Assembly: GCA_021161045.1 (NCBI GenBank)
Contig: JAGHBJ010000074.1
Location: forward strand, 1-36,956
From: Candidatus Bathyarchaeota archaeon
GTDB lineage: Archaea > Thermoproteota > Bathyarchaeia > TCS64 > B23
Direction of reading: 5' to 3'
Length of the DNA: 36,956 nt
In this document: positions 35,736 to 36,956 of the stretch, piece by piece
How the letters are laid out: the number at the start of each line of letters is the position of its first letter
How positions within the stretch are numbered: the stretch's first letter is position 1
Notes under the pieces: model-generated
Told to the model about the DNA's origin: nothing
Databases searched by the model: none
The model's input: only the letters and a program-made list of their open reading frames with translations
Made by a program: the position numbers and the translations under genes

Positions 35736-36956
35736 TCAAGGGAGTATCTTACCAGGGTTTAGGATACCCCTCGGGTCGAAGGCTTTCTTAATGGCCCTCA
35801 TCAACTCCACCTGAACTGGGCCAACCTTCTCCACGAGATATTTCCTCTTCGTATAGCCTAGTCCATGCTCCCCTGAGACTGTTCCCCCGAGGCTTAGGCC
35901 TAGGTGGATGAGGTTGTCGATTATGGCTTCCAGCTTCCCAAGCCAGACTTCGCGCTCCATCTCCTCAGGCTTCACTATGATGGCGTGGACGTTTCCATCT
36001 CCGGCGTGGCCGTTGACGACGACCCTCAACCTATGCCTCTCCCCGATCCTCTCAGCCCCCTCCACATAGTCGGGTAGCCTGCTCCTCGGGACGCAGACAT
36101 CTACCTCATCGACCTCCCAGAAGGCCTTGTAGGCCTCAAAGAGGCATTTACGCCCCTCCCAAAGCTCCCTCATCCTCGCCTCTGTATCGGCTACATAGGC
36201 ATCCTCAGCTCCATGCTCCATACAGACCTCCCCGACGGTCTCCATCTGCCACTCAACCTCGGCCTCGCTGTTCCCCTCGACGCCGACTATGAGGTAGGCC
36301 TCATGCTCATCATCTGGCATACGACGCTCCAGGTATCGCTCAACCACCTCCACAGCATCCCTCGGCATATACTCAACGGCGAAGGGGACAACCCTTCGAC
36401 GGATCATCTCCGAGACAGCCCTCGCCGCATCCCTAGTCGAGTTGAAGAGGATGTAGAGGAGCGCCGAATACTCAGGCTTAGGCACCAATTTGAGGATGGC
36501 CTGGGTCACGACGGCCAGCGTCCCCTCAGACCCTATGAGGAGGTCGATGAGCTCATAGCCCGTCGAGTTCTTCACGATCTTGCCTCCAAGCTGGATGACC
36601 TCGCCGTTGGGGAGGACGGCTTCAAGGCCTTGGACATAGTCTCTCGTCACCCCATACTTCAACCCTCTGACGCCTCCGGCGTTGGTCGATATGTTTCCGC
36701 CGAGGCTTCCAGACTCCTCCCCTGGATCTGGGGGATAGAGAAGCCCAAGTTTCTCCGTCTCCTCGTGGAGCTCCATGATGAGGACTCCAGGCTCGACGAC
36801 GGCCATGAGGTTGTCCTCATCTATCTCAACGATCCGGTTCATCTCGTCGAGGCTGAGGGCTATCCCGCCGTAGATTGGGTGGGCTCCGCCGCTTAGACCC
36901 GTCCTCGAGCCCTGAGGGGTCACGGGTATTCGACGCTCATAGGCGAGCCTCAAAAC
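35736..36956 (-). CDS. glcD: FAD-linked 2-hydroxyacid oxidase (GlcD / D-lactate dehydrogenase family), 5' end outside the window
   Basis: P.G..TGLSGGA, YPPDP, GGNISTNAGG...KYG.T, GSEGTL, GHAGDGNVH, GEHGLG and NPGK motifs. Confidence 0.9.
   Translation of the reverse strand, partial: VLRLAYERRIPVTPQGSRTGLSGGAHPIYGGIALSLDEMNRIVEIDEDNLMAVVEPGVLIMELHEETEKLGLLYPPDPGEESGSLGGNISTNAGGVRGLKYGVTRDYVQGLEAVLPNGEVIQLGGKIVKNSTGYELIDLLIGSEGTLAVVTQAILKLVPKPEYSALLYILFNSTRDAARAVSEMIRRRVVPFAVEYMPRDAVEVVERYLERRMPDDEHEAYLIVGVEGNSEAEVEWQMETVGEVCMEHGAEDAYVADTEARMRELWEGRKCLFEAYKAFWEVDEVDVCVPRSRLPDYVEGAERIGERHRLRVVVNGHAGDGNVHAIIVKPEEMEREVWLGKLEAIIDNLIHLGLSLGGTVSGEHGLGYTKRKYLVEKVGPVQVELMRAIKKAFDPRGILNPGKILP

Noticed and set aside
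36213-36896. 227-aa + strand ORF
   Set aside because: Antisense shadow of the GlcD-type gene with no motifs; the same applies to the other 60-140 aa ORFs nested in recognised genes
1-36956. CRISPR arrays, IS elements, integrases, prophage genes
   Set aside because: No regularly spaced repeats or transposase, integrase or viral motifs seen; composition looks uniform by eye

Overview
Gene-dense archaeal chromosomal window. AGG/AGA/ATA-rich codons, TATA/BRE promoters with short or no leaders, a TACK-type tRNA-splicing endonuclease, a GPN GTPase and an archaeal HMGS-thiolase-DUF35 operon suggest an anaerobic TACK archaeon such as a Bathyarchaeia member (inference). About 40 CDSs, mostly metabolic; I saw no tRNA, rRNA, CRISPR array or mobile element. 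Main blocks: (1) a guanidino/arginine cluster at 814-4807 (amidohydrolase, DDAH-like and short ADI-like amidinotransferase-fold enzymes, and an arginine-synthetase ArcE-type P-loop enzyme); (2) a PurN-like formyltransferase, an unannotated 41-aa Cys4 zinc-finger mini-gene, an M55 peptidase and TlpA/CcdA; (3) a surface-glycan block with a pyruvyltransferase; (4) an HMG-CoA synthase operon whose thiolase has lost its catalytic Cys and GHP His; (5) glyS; (6) an O2/ROS defence cluster (DpsL, Dfx, FprA, an unlisted rubredoxin, rubrerythrin) divergent from an Lrp regulator with a Ptr2-like operator; (7) a split UxaA/SuyAB lyase, two aminotransferases, ACD beta, a large surface protein and a GlcD-type oxidase. 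The best candidates for novelty are the DDAH + ADI-like + ArcE cluster and the pseudo-thiolase operon. All family calls come from motif recognition by eye, not from database searches.
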